From Felis catus (lineage: Eukaryota): 64,000 nt of DNA. The notes under the pieces are model-generated. The model did no database searches. It saw only the letters and a list, made by a program, of their open reading frames with translations, and was not told where the DNA came from. Positions 37,477-51,559 of this stretch are shown here, in pieces. The position numbers and the translations under genes are program-made. The stretch lies in contig NC_058368.1 of NCBI RefSeq assembly GCF_018350175.1, forward strand, positions 74,712,001-74,776,000, written 5' to 3'. Numbering within the stretch: position 1 is the stretch's first letter; each line of letters opens with the position of its first letter.

Positions 37477-38838
37477 AGGAAAAGATTTGTTCTTACATCC
37501 TGGTGTAAGTACACTGGTACAACGTTTCTAAAAAAGTAGTGGGCCATATACGTTAAAGAAAACTAAAATCTAACACATTTCACCTGGCAATTCCACATTG
37601 AGGGAAGTGCGTCAAGTAGAGTTGAGTAAGTGCATATTGCACACACGTACACACACACACACACCACACATGTACACCACACATATATCGAACAAATGAC
37701 ATTCTTTACAGCCTTGTTGGTTTTGGTGACATATTAGAGGCAACCTAATTTGAGCAGCTAAGGATTTGCTGAGTAAAATTGTTGAAGTTGTTTTAGGAAA
37801 ACTGTTGATAGGCTAGAAGAAAAGCTTGAAATCTCAGAAAAGAAGAAAAGGAAGAGGAAGAAGGAGGTGGGAAGGATGAGAAGAAGGAAAAGAAACCCTC
37901 TTTCAAGGCCATCGGGAGTCTAGGGAACCCTCTGGACAGAGGACTGACAGGTTTCATTTATGGGTATAATGGAAATTGAGAAAAGAAATGTAGGCAAAAT
38001 CTAACAATAGTTTCCTAATCTGGAAAATGGAAAAAAAACAAACAAACAATGAAAATAAATGCCAAGAATTGCATGGTTAATCATAATTTAATCTATGACC
38101 CGTTTGGCATTTACATTATGTCTTCACCTTTATATGTAGTTCTTTGATGAGGCTTATCCAATAAATATCAGTCTGCATTTCTATTTTAATCAGGGTACAT
38201 TTCTAGAAATGAATAATCAGCTCAAAGAACAGTGATTTTTATAAGGCTTTTGAACAATAGAAGGAGATTCTTTTTACCACAAATACGTACCAAAAGGCTT
38301 TCCTTAGGATTAAGACAGGTATTAAGATTTTTCTAAGTTGCACGTATTTGACATTCAAAGCAGATCTAAGTTATTCTCTAAGTTTTTATATATTAAAAAA
38401 ATCTAATAAATGCAGATGACTCCTGGCGTAATCCAGAGAAGGCACACCCTTCCAATTTCTACCAAATCCAATCATTCTTCTTTTTCCTCCTCTCCTTTTC
38501 TATTTTGGAGGCAACAGCCTTAAATCTGGGGGGCAACTAAGACATAGGGGAAAATTAGTTTCAAACTATGTAGTTTTAACAGAGGTTTTACTCTTATTCC
38601 GGTATTGCTAGGGCTCAATGATGCTTTATTGAATCTTACATTTTTCTTTATATCGCTGAGAAATAAAATGTTTCAGATGGACTGTAAGTGCAGTTTTACG
38701 AAGAAAAGAAACTATATGAAATGGACACTTTTGTGCTCAACATATCTGTTACTGGTGTTATTTTCAGTCATAAATCTGTTTGCTCTACACAAGAACAAGT
38801 TGTTTTTGCTGCCTTAAGAATAGAGTCAATATAGTTAC

Positions 38839-38902
38839 CGGGGAGTGTGCGGCGTTCCGTACTTCCTGCACATCATGAACTAAATTGTCAATGGAGTAAT
38901 TC
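38839..38902 (-). pseudogene. Candidate fossil exon (FN3 start)
   Basis: cttcttag / CCG|gtaact; ITP / IDNLVHDVQEVRNAAHS. Confidence 0.35.
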
Positions 38903-39348
38903 CTAAGAAGCTTTGTTATTAGTCCCCATGTGAGAAGCAGAACGAACAGCTTGATTTTTAAAGCCCAGACTGTAGTGCTGGCATTTATTGAAATCGCATT
39001 TTTCTATATAAATGTAAAACGTTACAGTAAAAGTTATTGCAAAGAATAAATACAGACCCCCACCATCCTATTTTCGCTGAAGGGGGGCCCTGACTCTAAC
39101 AGCACCTCGAGAGACACCTGTCTCCCCTCCTCCATACTGACTCCCAGAGATTTCCCTTCACTTCTTGTACTGTCAGGAGCGTTGAACGCTGAGGGCAGGT
39201 GATACGTGTAAAAAAAAAAAAAAAGGCAAGCCCTTTAGTTTTCAAGGTAATAGATTTGTGTGTTCCACATCCTGCATCCTGTACCCTTCCAAGTAGGATT
39301 TAGTCAAACTCTTTCAGATATTCATTATTTTCTTTCAGAGTTCCTCAC

Positions 39349-39510
39349 CAGGTTGATCACGTCCATAAAAAAGTATGGCACTTTTCCATCAACCATGGGG
39401 TGACCATATTTTCCTTCCGTCAACTGCAGATGTCAATGGGTTTATTGAGTCAGCTCGAATCCCCTAACGCAGCCCTTTTATTTTTATGTAAATATGTAAA
39501 TATTTAGTTT
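39349..39510 (-). pseudogene. Fossil FN3 second-half exon
   Basis: actttag / CTG|gtgagg, 162 bp, phase 1-1: TKYLHIYIK*KGLR*G..LTSAVDG..G*W. Confidence 0.5.
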
Positions 39511-40687
39511 CTAAAGTTCCGAACCACGTTGGATACTTGTCCTTAATCTGTATAAAATCTCGGCAGCGATTCAAAATAATTTAACTTACATTTGTGTCAC
39601 TCTCTTCCACAAAAATAGTACGGATAAAAATTAGATTCTCAGTGTTATCTTTTATGACTTCTCATCTGTTAATTTAATGTACTTATTTTAATTTTTTATT
39701 TAGTATTAATTGGGTCATTCTTTGAGCTCCATGTTGAACATCAACATGAAGCCAGTTCTGTGGGATCATCGAATCATTTCTATCCCACCAAGCATTGTAT
39801 TGAAGGCATTGTCAATGCGAAATTTTGCATGTGTCTAATATTTAAAAATGAAGGAGGGGAGGGAAAGAACATACATAAAATATTATTGTTGTAAAAATAT
39901 TGCGGTACTATGAGCAAGAGTTTTTAGCTTTGCCTTCACAAGAATATTATGAGAAGCAATGGATTTCTGTAGGGCTGAAGGCAAGGCAACCTCGGGTCTG
40001 CTGGAATTGAGTTTTGACAAAACAGTGAATGTGACCATCCTTATGCTGTGCGCTACAGGGAAACCCTGCCATGACCAAGTTCAGTATCTACTAGTGCCAA
40101 ATGTTCCTGACAAATGATCTTAGTCTTTTGAATAAATCCTGGTAATTCCAGGCCTTTCTTTTTCCCCACCCAGTACTTCTGGTTTATAATTCCAGGACGC
40201 TACTCACCATTTCTCAAACGCACAATGCATTTTTATGCCACCATGCTCTAATTGGCACACGAGTTAGACAGGAGGAATCATCCAAGCACCAGGAAAAGGG
40301 GAATAAAATTGCCCTGGGAGATTAAACTGTAAAATCAACATGTAAAGAAGAAAATTCAATTTAGAGAGACTGAAAGCCTCCAGGGTCAGCAGGATTTAAC
40401 TCTAAAGGATTAAATATATTAACATATCTAAAGAAAGAATAAAAGAACTCAGAGGAACTGTGAGAGAATCTGAGTAAGCCTGGACTTTGGGGAGGGGTGG
40501 GGATGAGCTCACAGAGTGTCAGAAAAGGATAATCAAGAGAGATGACTGTTCATCTATCAAACAAAAAATCTATAGAAACTACATATGAGTGTATATATGT
40601 TTACACTCATATACACACTCACATTCATACACATATTTATCTCTATCCCTGTATGTGTCCGCCCGTCATCTCTCTCTCTCTCCATCC

Positions 40688-40955
40688 TTTTATTTTTAAG
40701 TTTGTTTATCTATTTAGAGAGAGAGTGTGTGTGCACCTGTGCACGTGTGTGCCCTAGTGGGTGAGGGGCAGAGTGATAGAGATATAGAGATAGAGATAGA
40801 GATAGAGATAGAGATAGAGAGAGACAGAGAGAGAGAGAGAGGGAACCCCCAGTAGGCTCCACACTGCCAGTGCAGAGCCCACTGCAGGGCTCGAACCCAT
40901 GAACCATGAGATCATGACCTGAGCCAAAACCAAGAGCAGGATACTCAACAGACCG
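40688..40955 (-). mobile_element. CanSINE with (GAGATA)n expansion
   Basis: Body gggctcgaacccatgaaccatgagatcatgacctgagcc. Confidence 0.88.
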
Positions 40956-41575
40956 AGTTTCCATCTATCTGTCCTCATATGCATACATACACATAGGGTT
41001 GCTAGCTATTCTCTCTAAATTTAGACTATCTGCCATTCTAATAAGTGGAATAGAGGAAGTTGTATTTAAATTTTAAAATGCATATGCAATATTCTATTTC
41101 TAGTTCATATTTAAAAATGAACATATCTACCTCAAAGCATCTTTTTTTCCTAAATATCTTCACTTATTCATGCATGCATGCATCCATTCATTAAAATATA
41201 TTTCTTGAATAGGATGTCTTCTCAGTATTAAATATTAAAGGAAGACTATTTTTTTTCACCAGACTGTATATAGTCTATTTCACTACTGAATTCATGCACG
41301 ACTCAAAACACTAAGATTTTTTCAAGTCCTTGCTTTCATGAAAGAAGTCTATATAGACTTATTTTGGCAAATGTAAAATTAATAAGCAGCACGGTATTTT
41401 GCAAAATGTTTGCCGCTTACTTTCGTAATACTACACAGTAATGTACGTGTATACAAAAAGACTTTTTAAATGACAAAATAGAATTTTATGTATTCAGTTC
41501 TGTGTTTTTTTCAGTTTTGTTTTCCATAAAAGCTTTCGTTTTCCTGGACTGAGATTATAAATATATATGATTTGA

Positions 41576-41578
<3 letters not shown>

Positions 41579-41607
<29 letters not shown>
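41579..41607. repeat. (TG)n
   Basis: Direct reading. Confidence 0.95.
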
Positions 41608-41609
<2 letters not shown>

Positions 41610-42540
41610 TATATATACCTGCAAGCCATTTGATATTTGCCGGATAGAGTTTCACTAATTTAGATCAATATCCCTGAAATCTTTGGGAGTGAGAGTGTTG
41701 AATTTATTTTATTTATTTTTCTGTTTGTTTGTTGATTTATTTATTTGTGTATATATTTTTGAGAGTGTTGACTTTATTGAGGCTAGTGCTCTGGGGAAGC
41801 AGCGGAGATCAGAAGCCCCTCCCCCCAGCTCCTGTGTTCCCAAGAAAGCACAAAGGAATGCCTTCCCCTGTGTGATATAAGCCCCACTTCCCCCCTTCCT
41901 TAATGACTCCCTTGTTCTGTACACGGACATCCTGTCCTTTTTGAGAAGTTCCTCGTTAACAAAATGTCTCCGTATTGCTATGGCTTGAGTAGAATCACAG
42001 ACCTAGGGCTGAGGAAGTTCATTTTATGGACGTCGAAGTTGGCGAATTCATCAGGGAACTCTCTTGCCTTCTCTCCCAGTATGCATCACCCTCGGAGCCA
42101 TGGCAAGTGCTAATCCCTTTGTGGGATCCTCTTCCCACATGTCCTCCCTGGCAATCTCAGATTTCACAAGTTTCAGCCAAAAATGTCACCTTTTTATGAA
42201 GGCTTTTCTGACCCATTACGTTATTATTTGATTCTCTTTTAAATTATAAGTCCTATCACAATTTGTTATAATTCTTTGCTTATATGTGTCCCTCACGGTT
42301 CACATTTCTGGGTACCTGACAGACACACTAGGTAATCAGTAAATGTTTATTGACTGCTCAGTGTTGAATGAACGATGCATGAATAATGAAAAGATGCGTT
42401 AGGAATAGTTCTCCCTACTTGCAATGGTCTTTCCTTTACTTCTATAAATCCGACAAAGACATATTAATCTATATACAGTGATAGTAACCTCATTTGGGAT
42501 CAGCTCAAAATTACCCCTCTTACATTGTATTTTACCCCCC

Positions 42541-42772
42541 TTTTTCTTTTTCTTTCTTTTTTTTTTTTCAACGTTTATTTTATTTTTGGGACAGAGAGAG
42601 ACAGAGCATGAACGGGGGAGGGCCAGAGAGAGAGGGAGACACAGAATCGGAAACAGGCTCCAGGCTCCGAGCCATCAGCCCAGAGCCCGACGCGGGGCTC
42701 GAACTCACGGACCGCGAGATCGTGACCTGGCTGAAGTCGGACGCTTAACCGACTGCGCCACCCAGGCGCCCC
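42541..42772 (-). mobile_element. Young felid SINE
   Basis: TSD taccccccttttt. Confidence 0.97.
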
Positions 42773-42911
42773 TACCCCCCTTTTTAATGATGGTCACACC
42801 TGCTGTAATTCCCCTACCCGTGACTGGGAAGATAGAGAATTAGTAATTCGGGGCACTGAACTGAGACATTTCTTTGAAGAACGGAATCACTTCCTATGCC
42901 TATTGGTTTAC

Positions 42912-43096
42912 GTCATACTGCCCAACCGTGACCAAAGTATGCCATTTTCCAGAGTAGTTGTGTATCTTAGAGCGAATTCTTTCGCTAACTCTACCACAAG
43001 TCACTGCAATATTTTATGGATGTCCCAAGGAGCCTAACATCCCAGACGGTAATTTATCTGTGGCAGAAATTTGGGTAAATATTTGCAATTTAAACA
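42912..43096 (-). pseudogene. Fossil FN3 first-half exon
   Basis: aatttcag acceptor; frameshifted VRL / WDI .. KEFALRY .. GKWHTL. Confidence 0.4.
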
Positions 43097-43716
43097 CTGA
43101 AATTTTTATAATACAGAGACACAGCCATTATGCAAGTTGTAAATGTAAGACTCTGAGAAACATTGCTGGCATTGATTGGCAAGATTATGTCTTGTAGTTA
43201 TAAAGGAATGCACGGTATGGAGCCCATGTGAAATCACGAAATCCGTGGTTTCAGCTAGCTTAGGCCATGCAGATTTCAAATTGTTTTCACACCTGGTTAA
43301 AATGTTATTTTTTGATTTTTTTTAAATGCCTAATTTAAAAGCTCAACAGCAATTTGGCCTATAAAATAGCACTGTTATTATAACATTGTGATGAGATAAG
43401 ATTAAATGAATCAGAAATGATACATTAATTCCATATTACAATATGCATGGGCTTAAACATTAGGAGGGTGAATGGTCTTGGTATGTAATCAAGGATTTGC
43501 GATTTCCAAACATTTAAAAAATAGCTGGTGTTTGCCAGGAAACCTAGCTGTTGCTAGGCTCACTAATCTCGATTCATGGAAGTATTCTATTGGTGCAGGG
43601 CACAAAGCTAGTCTTAAGCTGCCCCAGTTAATATGCCCACGGGACACTGCATAGAACTTACTGGAGCCAGCCAATATCTATATTGAAAAATGGAAGAATT
43701 TTCATTTTAGTGATAC

Positions 43717-43877
43717 CCAGTATCCCTCTCAAACACCCAGCCCATGGCAGCCCACAGCTCCCACTTTTAAATTCCTTCTGTCCAGCCCTACTTCATGCTC
43801 GAGTTTCGAGGTCGGTGACAAATCCCATTCCTATTCAGACTTGCTTCTCAAATTTGTTTGGGTTGCTGTGATAAACA
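43717..43877 (-). pseudogene. Fossil FN3 second-half exon
   Basis: gattttag acceptor; ITATQTNLRSKSE*EW (T.TL.NL...TEYE, Tyr codon now TAG). Confidence 0.55.
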
Positions 43878-44025
43878 CTAAAATCATCTAATTGATTGAA
43901 ATGTGGAAAGATCGCTCTATTTTTAATTTCAAGTAATATCATTATATTATTATTTTTGCTAGGTTTTTCTAGTGATAGAGCGCTGAATTAATAATCAGCC
44001 AGCAATTTTAATTATGGGCCTTGTG

Positions 44026-44262
44026 TGGGGCACCTGGGTGGCGCAGTCGGTTGAGCGTCCGACTTCAGCCAGGTCACGATCTCGCGGTCCGGGAGTTCGA
44101 GCCCCGCGTCGGGCTCTGGGCTGATGGCTCGGAGCCTGGAGCCTGTTTCCGATTCTGTGTCTCCCTCTCTCTCTGCCCCTCCCCCGTTCATGCTCTGTCT
44201 CTCTCTGTCCCAAAAATAAATAAACGTTGAAAAAAAAATTAAAAAAAAAATTAAAAAAAAAA
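44026..44262 (+). mobile_element. Young felid SINE
   Basis: TSD aattatgggccttgtg. Confidence 0.97.
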
Positions 44263-44619
44263 TTATGGGCCTTGTGGCTTCGGAGATGGGCGGGATGAAG
44301 AGTGGATAGGACTTTTGCTCAAGAGTTGCTCTCTGTTCTTTCTGTGGCTATTTTCTTGGCTCTGGTTTTCATGCAAAAGCTGGGAAAACATTGTTTTTGA
44401 GAAGGTTGACTTTGAAACGAATTTTTTCCCATGCACTTGTCAATATTATTAAAACAAACGCATAAAAATCATATTGAAACAAAAATGATAACTTGTGAAT
44501 CATATACTTTTAATAAATGCTTTATATGTATAATGCTTTCAGTTATATCGTGTTTAATATCTCTTGAGTTAAGCATCTGTTTTGGAAATCTGCTAATTTT
44601 TGACAACTGATCCCCTTCC

Positions 44620-44653
44620 TTTAAAAAATTTTGTTTTTAGTTTATTTATGTAT

Positions 44654-44691
<38 letters not shown>

Positions 44692-44828
44692 AGGAGAAGA
44701 GAGAGAGAATTCCAAGCAGGCTCTGCGTGCAGTCAGCACAAAGCCTGATGTGGGGCTCAAACCCATGAACCATGAGATCATGACCTGAGCTGAAGTCAGA
44801 TGCTAAACCGACTGAGCCCCCCAGGGGC
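44620..44828 (-). mobile_element. CanSINE
   Basis: Body plus GA tract. Confidence 0.9.
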
Positions 44829-45850
44829 CTCTTTCTTTTGAGCGTTACCCTTTCCAGCCCCACATGATTCTGAGGACAGGCATTCAACCTGACTTTGGCC
44901 AACCTGTGGATGGGTGTATGACTCAGGGAAACTGAAGTAACCATCTTTCCAAGGAAGCTAAGAGTCTAGGAATGGCTAAAGCTGGGGCCTTCAGGGCTCG
45001 TTCCGGAGTTTATTTTTACCCTCACCCTCACCTCCAGATCAGATCTGTTCTCTGTGAGGGAGGAGACCTGCGTGAAATAAAACTGGCAAGATCTGAAAGC
45101 TCAGGAAGGTAAGAGGTCAATTTGTCACATGAAGGTGGATAATATAATTCTTTTGTATCTTAGGACCCAGGTAATGCACCTGTCATGATCATAGCTTTAG
45201 GGAACTGGATAGAAGAGGTTAAGACATTGATATATGTTGACTTCTTTCCACTTTCAGTAAGTTCCTATAAGAAAATGAGCTGTAGCCCAAACAGGCCATC
45301 AGGAATAAGAGAAGAAAGAGAACACACCCAGGTTTTCAGAAACACTTTCTGCTGCTGGTAGCAATCAATAGGTCTAAAAATCATAATAATATGCCTTGCA
45401 ATTTTAGAAAATTATGTCACATTCCTGGCCCTCAGTAGAGATATAGAGGCAACAATCACAAGAGACAAAAGCTTTCAATGTAGGCAGAGGCAGGAAAAAA
45501 ACAGAAATGCCTGTTCACACAACTATTCTGGGTACTTCCTGCTCGACAAAAGCTAAAATTGTGCTGGGAAAAAAAAAAAGTCAATTTCTGGTGGTTTAAA
45601 ACAGCCTCCCTGCCATATCCCTGTTTCAGAGGCAGAGGGCAAGGAGGAAGCATATGAACCAGGAGAAGCTAAATGATAAAGTTTGTAGGTAAGTAACACA
45701 TTCTGCAAATGTTTGGTGCCTACGTCATGTGTCATGAATGGAGAAGATATCTGACTTTGCCAGTTGGCCTTTTTTTTTCCAATCAGCCGTCAAGGAAGGT
45801 TTTAGGGAAATTTCCCTTATGTCATATAAGCCTAGCAGATAGTTGTCTAC

Positions 45851-46019
45851 CCATCAAAGTGATCTTCTAGTCCCCCTGGCCTCCTTAGGTATATCCGTGG
45901 AAGACTGATACATGTTTTCTCTCAAAGCACAGACTTGAGGACAGCAAGTTAGCTGATAAAGAAACTCACTTCTCAGTGAGGGCCAAAATCCTTGGTATAT
46001 CTGTGCAACAGGGTACGGT
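45851..46019 (-). pseudogene. Fossil FN3 first-half exon
   Basis: cattgttcag acceptor; VPCCTDIPRILALTEK*VSLS. Confidence 0.45.
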
Positions 46020-46131
46020 CTGAACAATGCACGTATGATATTCCTTCTCTCTATGGGAGTATCTTCTATTACACGTTTGCTATTTATAATTGCTTTGTTG
46101 AATATATTTTCATTGTTTCCACTCAACATAC

Positions 46132-46473
46132 CTTTTGTAAGTTGTATGGTTAGTCTTTTGGGTGTAAGTAGCTGATTCATGAAGAATTGCATTTGGTTGC
46201 GAAACAATGCCATTTATTCAGAACAAGGACAATACCATTTTTGTTTCTGACGTTAGGGCTATCAGATCACCTGTTTTGGCATCCACCAGTTTGCAAACAA
46301 AGTTTATATACATCTTCAAATTATGATTCGACATGATCTCAAAATGGCCAAATAGGACCCTTCCCGATAAAAGCATCCTGATTCAGCATTGTCTGCTGTT
46401 TGTCCTGAATCGGTGAATCTTCATACTGATTTGCATTCTGTTTTGTTTCCACCATCTGGAGCCACTACTTTTG
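46132..46473 (-). pseudogene. Fossil Ig-like exon
   Basis: tatatttag / AAG|gtatgt, 342 bp (Ig-sized): KVVAPDGGNKTEC .. PNAILHESATYT .. LTIQL in mixed frames. Confidence 0.55.
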
Positions 46474-46539
46474 CTAAATATAGAAAAAAAATGAAATTTA
46501 AAATTATAAAATATAAACCTAAACAATTTGTTATACGAT

Positions 46540-46747
46540 TTTTTTAATGTTTATTTATTTTTTGAGAGATATACACAGCATGTAAGTTGGGGAGGGGCAG
46601 AGAAGGAGGGAGACACAGAATCTATAGCAGGTCCCAGGCTGTGAGCTTTCAGCCCGGAGCCAGACGCAGGGCTCGAACCCACGAACCATGAGATCATGAC
46701 CTGAGCCAAAGTGGGATGCTCATCTGACTAAGCCACCCAGGCGCCCC
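46540..46747 (-). mobile_element. CanSINE
   Basis: TSD tgttata.gatt. Confidence 0.92.
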
Positions 46748-47269
46748 TGTTATAAGATTGAACAGACATAAGTTACTGTCAAACTACTCCAAAAATTAAC
46801 AGAGGCGTCCAATTTCTGTACATGTTTCACTGCAGATGGTTAACAGAAAGCTAGCAGGTTGCATGGTGAATAGCAGGTTTTATGACATGGGGGTCCGCTA
46901 CCTCTGAGCACTGTCCTTACTTAGCTTGAGATCCACAGTGGCAAGCAGATTGACTGGCATGCAGTGAATCTCTAATAACTATTTGGTTAACTTCTAATAA
47001 ATGAATGATTGAATATATAAGAAAGCTCATTAAATTAATCTGTCAGAAAATTCCTAATTGCCTCTTCCAATATCTATTTTCCTTTTTCTTTTAATGAGAC
47101 CCATACATTTAATTTGATTTAATTTTATTTTCAATTAGAAAAGTTTCAGCCTTGTAAGATTAAAAGCCTCAAGTAACAGAGACTGAATAATATGAAACTT
47201 CCGTTTTTTGGTTTGTTTGTTTGTTTTTTTATTTTCCCCAGGAAAAGAATCAGGAAGTAGCAACCCAGG

Positions 47270-47416
47270 TCTGCTATGGGTTCTCCATGATCAATCACCA
47301 GAGACTCCATTCACGAAGGGTCCCCTACTCTGCCAAAGCCGACATTGTCACTCCCATCATCTTCTTCCAGAATGCTGCTGGAAAGCCCATCTGTATCTCC
47401 GCATTCCAAGAAGTGA
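47270..47416 (-). pseudogene. Candidate fossil EGF-like exon
   Basis: GRR*WE*QCR..VSGD*SW: TGA stops fall where Cys would be in G..C..C.C....VSG.C.C. Confidence 0.3.
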
Positions 47417-48743
47417 CTAGAAGAAGGACTTAGCCAGGTGTTTGCACTCTTTCTCTGGAAGCTGTATTCAAATTCCACAACACGCTTGCTCTACCTCTGA
47501 CAAGGAACGTCATCATGTGTCTACACAAATGTCTCAGAGAAGCCATGAAAGACTCATCTGTTAGCTGGGCCACCATGCACCCAGCTAAACTGTAAAGTGC
47601 TTTCTCATAAATAACAAATACCAGGAGTATGATATTTTGTAAAAGAATCAACAGATGAAAATGCAAGTTAAAGAGGGAACTCCGTTTTTGATCTCAACTC
47701 TGAGTGATTTTAGACAAACCACATTGCCTCTCATTCCTTCATTTCAGATATGAAACTGACATCAGGGAATCTTTTCTGCTGCTCTTTCCAGCACGTTCCA
47801 TATTTTTCTGTCTGTGTATCTCTAATTTATCAGCATTTTCCTTCACTTAATCTCCCTCGTTCCTCAAAAGAAACAAGTATTTCCATTTGTGGGGTTGAAA
47901 GTGAAAATTCAGGAACTTAAGTGAGGCATCTAGAGTGAGGTGGAGTTGAGCTTGTACTCTCTTATTCTCGGATTCCATACAATTGTGTTCTATATAGAGA
48001 AATAGTATTGATAAAATCATCTCAAACAGGTGCTCTATGTTGAATGTCTACTTCCCTATTAGTTCAACAGAGTTGCATTAAGTTGATTTCCTGTAGGCAG
48101 TGAAATAGATTATAGACATTTTATATCGGACTCTTTGACCAAAATTCAGGTTCAAAGGTGTTGAGGAACAAGCAAGTGTTAACAAAAAATGTATTTGTAA
48201 AATGTTGATTCATACCTAGCTCCTGGCTTTTAAATGTACATTTCAGAGAAGTGGTAAAGCACACTCAAAAAATGTGTACTCTACATTTTTTAAAAATAAG
48301 AGTATTACAGTCTGTTGCAGTAATGTAGGTTACAGAGAGTTGAGGAGACTTTTATGGTGTGAGTTTTGCTGTTTTGGACTATATTATACCCTTTGTGTTT
48401 ACATAAAGCAATGCTTTATGGCAGTCACTAGGCCATTACTTTTTAAGTTCAGATAATACTGTTTCATAGTTTATTTGGGAAGGAAAGGGGCTGGGCTTTA
48501 AATAATTACAGTTTGGTTGCATACAGTTTTTGATAACTAAGTATTAGATTCATTTCAGATGGGAATTTATGTTTCTCGTATGTTCCAACTGAAATTATTA
48601 TCCTAATAAATCTCAGTCCTCCATGAGAGACTCAGTCTAAACAACATTCATATACAAATCGCATGCGTGAAATCAAATACTGAGTAACAATCGTCTCTAC
48701 TTCATAAAATGTGCCTAAATGTTAAGTTGAATGTTAATCAGTG

Positions 48744-48964
48744 TTTTTTTTAAATTTTTTTTAACGTTTATTTATTTTTGAGACAGAGAGAGACAGAGCA
48801 TGAACGGGGGAGGGGCAGAGAGAGAGGGAGGCACAGAATCGGAAACAGGCTCCAGGCTCTGAGCGGTCAGCACAGAGCCCGACGCGGGGCTCGAACTCCC
48901 GGACCACGAGATCGTGACCTGGCTGAAGCGGGACGCTTAACGGACTGCGCCACCCAGGCGCCCC
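48744..48964 (-). mobile_element. Felid SINE
   Basis: Body, short TSD atcagtgtt. Confidence 0.95.
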
Positions 48965-49389
48965 TATCAGTGTTCATTCTACTTGCTTTCTTAGTGCAAT
49001 GTTTATGACAATTTGTTGTAATAGAATGCAAGAGTTTCAGCTAAACCTGTCCCTCTCAGTTTTCCATTCAGCTTTCTGACCTTTCTTGCCAACATCATGG
49101 TTTGTTTTTGTTTTTTTTTTCACTAACCAGGATCTTAAAGTAAGATATATGTGTATTCATTATTATGTTTTCGCTAGGAAAATCCATCCCAGCCTCATGA
49201 ATGTGTATGTGGTAGAATAAAAATCAAAATTTTAATGCTTCTCCCCAGGCTGGAGCTGAGAGTCCATTTTTGTCCACCTTAATTGAGGTAGCTCAAGGTC
49301 ACCCATGTATAGAGGTACATACCCATCTGTATAAATAAATCCTAGTATATAAAATACGCTTTTGAGTAGATGAATGAATGGCTAAAAGT

Positions 49390-50115
49390 GAACTCATAAG
49401 TGTATTCAACAAACAGATTAGACACAAAACTTCACTTAATACCCAATGTTGACTTTCTCGGAGAATGTCACTAAGGTCCACCTGATTGCTTTCGCCCTCC
49501 CCGTGAGTTCTGTCTTCCTCTTTATCCTTTTGATCATTACATTCTCTTGGACTAAAGAGCATTGAAATCCACTCAATCCATTCTCTTCAGAGAAACCACT
49601 TCGGTTTCCTGGTCTTACTTTACTCTCCAAATTGATAATATGCATTTTCCCTTAAAATTGTTAGTTTCTTATTTTCAAAACCCTCAATGGATCCATGGTC
49701 TGCAAAACTAATGACTGCGTTTCTTATTAGCCCTAAATGGGTCTTTAGGATCTGGCTCCTGCCTTTCTTTGTGAGCTCACTTTTTGCCCAAAACGCAAAG
49801 GTTTCACACCAGATGAATTACTTGCAGTGTTTTGAAAACACCATGCTCTCTTATGCCTACGTGTTATGATGTAGATAATCCCGATTGCCTTTCATGTGCT
49901 GACTCCCCAGTGAACTTGTAGTAATCCATTTATCAAGTTTCAGTTCCACAATCACCACCTCCATAGTTTCCAGTTCCCTAATTTCTGCTGAGCAAACTGC
50001 ACCCTTAATTGTGCATCGAGTTATGGCCATATGTCTGTCTGTCTGCCACTGGCAATGAGTTTACCCAGTGTCCAGCACATTGTAGATGATCACGAAGTGT
50101 TTTTGAGTGGATAAA
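49390..50115 (+). mobile_element. L2 relic
   Basis: gatctggctcctgcc..ccatgctctctt..ccagcacattgtagatg. Confidence 0.55.
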
Positions 50116-50744
50116 TTATTGCCATACCAATATGGTAGCATCAAAGTTAAAAAAAAAAAAACCTACGAAGACTAAAACAATGGTTTCAGTGGTTGAAAAA
50201 TAGTGGCTACTTTGTAGTAACAATAGATGACTATTTTCTGGCCATCTATGTCATAAGACAAGTCAAAGATTACTTTGCTAAAGGCTCAGTGATAGTTGAT
50301 GATAATTTTCTGAAATGTCAAGTATTTAGGGTGTTACAGATTTTTTGCGGCAAACCAAATTTTCCTTTTAAAATGCCACATGACTTTTGAATGTTGAATT
50401 CTGAACCTGATAAATTATTAAGAAACACTGCCCAGTTTTCATACTTATTTATTAGTATATGTGCATATAGAAAAAGGAGTTAGGGCCCCAACCTTGGTTG
50501 CTAGACCAGCATTAGCTTTGGAGAACTGGGTCTGAGTACAACTTGTGTCTCTCACTCCTACTTGCCATGGACCCATTTGGATGTTTTTTTCACTTCTGTG
50601 ATTCTTACTTTTATATTTTTATTGCCTATTTTTTTTTTTACCAAGGTAGCATATGGACATCCTTTTTTTTTTATAAGGTAACAGGTAGTAAAGTAATTAT
50701 GGTAATTGGAAATAATCAGCAGCGTACTGTGACCTTCCTCTTTC

Positions 50745-51051
50745 CTAAGACTTGCACGATCACCATGCTGACAGCAATGAAGTCATTTGGGAACTTTCAG
50801 CGTATTCAGATGAGGCTCCTCCCAATGTCCACATGGTGTGAACTTGCAATTGGTATTGAGAGAACAAGGTGGACATAGTGGTTTTGGTCTTCAGCATGGG
50901 GGGTGTCTTTAATCCCACCCCCTACCCTTTGCTCCCAATAGCGTTGACCCTCTCCATTTCATCAGAAAAGACTCTTCTGGCTTCTGTGGAGGTATGAACA
51001 TCTGCCTGCCCAGAGTGGCCACGATGACCCAATAGTCCTTAATGAAGACTT
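50745..51051 (-). pseudogene. Fossil Ig-like exon
   Basis: VIVATLGRQMFIP..KWRG, then frameshift to HLVLSIPIAS..SMVIVQVL; probable donor decayed to gaaaga. Confidence 0.45.
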
Positions 51052-51339
51052 CTGGCAAACTTACCTCTTTCACTGTTACTTCTAGACTCATTTTTGCTTA
51101 TTTGTTTGGTGGCCTGCTTATGAGTCTTGGACCTTGTCTTCTTCCCCTTGCTACATGATCAGTCACTTCACCTCTGTATGCTCTCTGCCTAGATTGTAGG
51201 TTACATTAAATGTATCTTTGTCATGAGTATGGGAATCAGATTGATTTGCATTTTATTTGCAGGTGAGATGATATTTTCAAGAGCATAAGGGTCAAGAAAT
51301 ACTTTATTGTGCCATCTTGCAATTTAAAATTGACCTTAC

Positions 51340-51559
51340 AATTTTCTTTTTCTTTTAAAATGTTTATTTGTTTAGTTTTGAGAGACAGAGAGGGAGTGCA
51401 AGGCAGAGAAGGAGAGAGGGAATCCCAAGTAGGCTCCATGCCATCCATGCAGAGACTGACATGGGGCTCAAACTTACAAATCTGGGTAAGGTCACAGATC
51501 GTGACCTGAACCGAAATCAAGACTCAGACGTTTTACTGACTGAGCCGCCTACAAGCCCC
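51340..51559 (-). mobile_element. CanSINE
   Basis: Body gatcgtgacctgaaccgaaatcaaga. Confidence 0.88.

Noticed and set aside
49299..49645. Minus-strand ORFs between the Ig and EGF candidates
   Set aside because: Overlap L2-like sequence; no domain motif.
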